Part shown: positions 61,871 to 64,000 of the stretch, in pieces | Position numbering within the stretch: position 1 is the first letter of the stretch | How the letters are laid out: every line of letters starts with the position of its first letter | Position numbers and translations under genes: made by a program | Source of the DNA: Marsupella aquatica | Taxonomy: Eukaryota > Plantae > Marchantiophyta | DNA length: 64,000 nucleotides | Assembly: GCA_973895155.1 (NCBI GenBank) | Contig: OZ316894.1 | Location: 22,601,867-22,665,866 of the forward strand | Reading direction: 5' to 3' | Notes under the pieces: generated by a model | What the model saw: the letters and a program-made list of their open reading frames with translations, nothing else | The model's database searches: none | What the model was told of the DNA's origin: nothing

Positions 61871-64000
61871 GTCAACTATTTTAATCTCACAGATAGCATT
61901 GGCTATTAAATAATTTTATCACATGATTAGAGTGAACAGCACTAATTCAGGTGAACATCAAAATGGGGAAACAGTAACATAATATCTTGCTTATTGCCAA
62001 GTTAACACGAGGAAATGGTTTGAACTTGGAGAAATGGTGACTGCACACACGGTGTAAACTAGTCACATAAACGTAAAGTTAACTGCCGTAAACTAGCCTG
62101 TAGACATAAGAAATATAGTTACTTGGGAAATAGTGTGGGTAATACTGATTCATGTGCACTTCAGATTTTCACTTGATTTGAATGAGTTTTACTAGCACTA
62201 TTTGCAGAGAATGGCTTAGTTAGGAGGCTCTTCAAGCTTTGGGTCCTCCTCTCAAGGGGTTCAATTAGTGTATGTTTTAGGATACCATTTGTGGTTCTAA
62301 GATTATTACAGTACCCATAATTTAGACTTGAATCACATTTTTATTTTATAATATAAAAGGAAACCATTAGAAGACATAATAGTCTATCCAATCTTTTCCT
62401 GCCTATAATTTTATCTTCTCATGTTGTCTCTTTTGGACGTTTTATGGATGTTATACGTTGCACTACATGGAGGGCTATCACTTGAGAAAGTGGCCCTTGT
62501 GTTTGGTTTCGTGAAAGAAAGTCACAAGTGCGTGCCCCAGCCAGGAGTTTTGTAAGGCAACCTAAATCACCTGTACCTATCTGATCATGCCACTTTGCCT
62601 AAACTGTTGGTGTGCTGGTGCCAAAATTACCATAGAGCGACTTAATCCAATTATTCTTGAGCACTCACTAATGAATCCCTTATGGTTGTGTGAAGGGTGT
62701 GAAGTACCCTTCATTCGAGTTCTAACTTGGTTGCAGGCAATTGCTTGCTAGGTGTGTCTAATTTACTACTTCTGATGCACGACTATAATTAGGGCCCCCT
62801 CTCAGTGTAATACTATCTTACACCCAACATAGCTGCCCAAGACTCATAGTCCAGGCCTTCACAACAGAACAGAGGCTTTAGTTTAAAAATGCTTTGCAAT
62901 TAAATAGTTATCCACTGGAAAGACAATTCATTGTCAGTCCTATTAGCTCGTCCTAAACCATTGATCATGGGACAGGTATTAAATATGTTTGTCTTCCACC
63001 CATTTTCTACATATTCTTCAGAATAAGTGTGAAACTGAGACATCTAGAATGTACCCCACTATTTGGTTATTTTCAAACATGTCAAGCCGGCGCATATATC
63101 ACATTGCCAAAGTAGAGAAGGTGCCAACAGGGGGCCAATATAACAAAGGCATTGGTGTCAACTCACATGATTGGTCAGTAAATGAATACAATTTAGGCTT
63201 ATCTTGCATTCCAATAGTTGTTTTTGAATCAACCCAATCAGCATCTTCATTCAAATAAAACTCCTGCAATAGTTTTTTGAACTGGTGACACTTATAGCGC
63301 ATGCAAGGCTTAGGTTCTTGTCCGAAAGAGATTCATATCACTGAAAGCTGGTGCACACATTATTGGTCATTTCATGCAAGAACTTTAGTTGTAGCTATAT
63401 AGGAAAGTAAGTGCCATCAAATACAACAAAGTTTCCTTGGAATCAAATACAACAAAGCTTGAAAGCAATAATGCTTACAAAGGTGTATGGCCACTCTCAA
63501 AGACCTACAATATATTTCAGCACAATGATGTCACCAAAAGTATTCATGTCAAACACTAAACCTATAATGGACTATGGGTCTCCTATGTACACCAAATCCA
63601 ATCAATCACAGAAATATCCACTCCCAGATGGGTTGGAAGGACAATGATATACAAAGCAGTGGAGTATGATCAGAATAATTTCAGCTCCTACTCAAGGGTA
63701 CAAATGGCACCTTTTACTTTTTGCAACCATTTGGTGGAATTACAACCTCTCACTTCACTATAGACTTGAGACTTTTCATATTTGCCCCATGAGGAAGATG
63801 TTGTTGAGAGGGCCCATGCACCATGATAGAAAAAAAGCTAACTTTAGTCCCTCCTCTGTCCACCCTATTTCACGTGATACCTTGTTTGTTCATACTAGCC
63901 CGAATACCCCAGTTAATACACAGGAAGAGCCCCTGTTCTCCTCATTCCCATTCTTCCTCACACTCAAGCAGAATCTAAACAACAAAATTTGCTGATATGA

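Noticed and set aside
62900-64000. Possible decayed coding sequence at the window end
   Set aside because: Short ORFs on both strands with no motif I can identify.

Overview
Eukaryotic plant nuclear DNA (spliceosomal introns, DWF1 and NCL homologues, TTTAGGG repeats). The gene style suggests a non-seed plant such as a liverwort, but that is inference. Bases 1-12753 hold a young Athila-type Ty3/Gypsy LTR retrotransposon on the minus strand. Its LTRs are about 99% identical, it has a tRNA-Asp PBS and two identical PPTs, and its gag-protease ORF and 810-aa accessory ORF are intact, while pol is disabled. It has two unusual features: a second, free-standing retropepsin-like ORF upstream of gag, and an 18-bp hairpin motif (GACGCTT-CAGA-AAGCGTC) arrayed both in the LTR U3 and in front of the accessory ORF. 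Next to it (about 12.8-17.9 kb) is an older decayed element with a related accessory ORF, a long coiled coil and an RPA70-C-like OB-fold ORF. Host genes are a truncated, intronless NCL (Na+/Ca2+ exchanger-like) pseudogene with a plastid-like N-terminal extension, an intronless tandem pseudo-GTPase/AIG1-type GTPase, and an intact three-exon DWF1/DIMINUTO sterol C24 reductase. The rest is repeat-rich intergenic DNA: TTAA-flanked MITEs (one with its empty site visible), short Helitron-like elements, local duplications, a minisatellite and a head-to-head telomeric tract. All calls come from reading the sequence by eye; no database searches were run.
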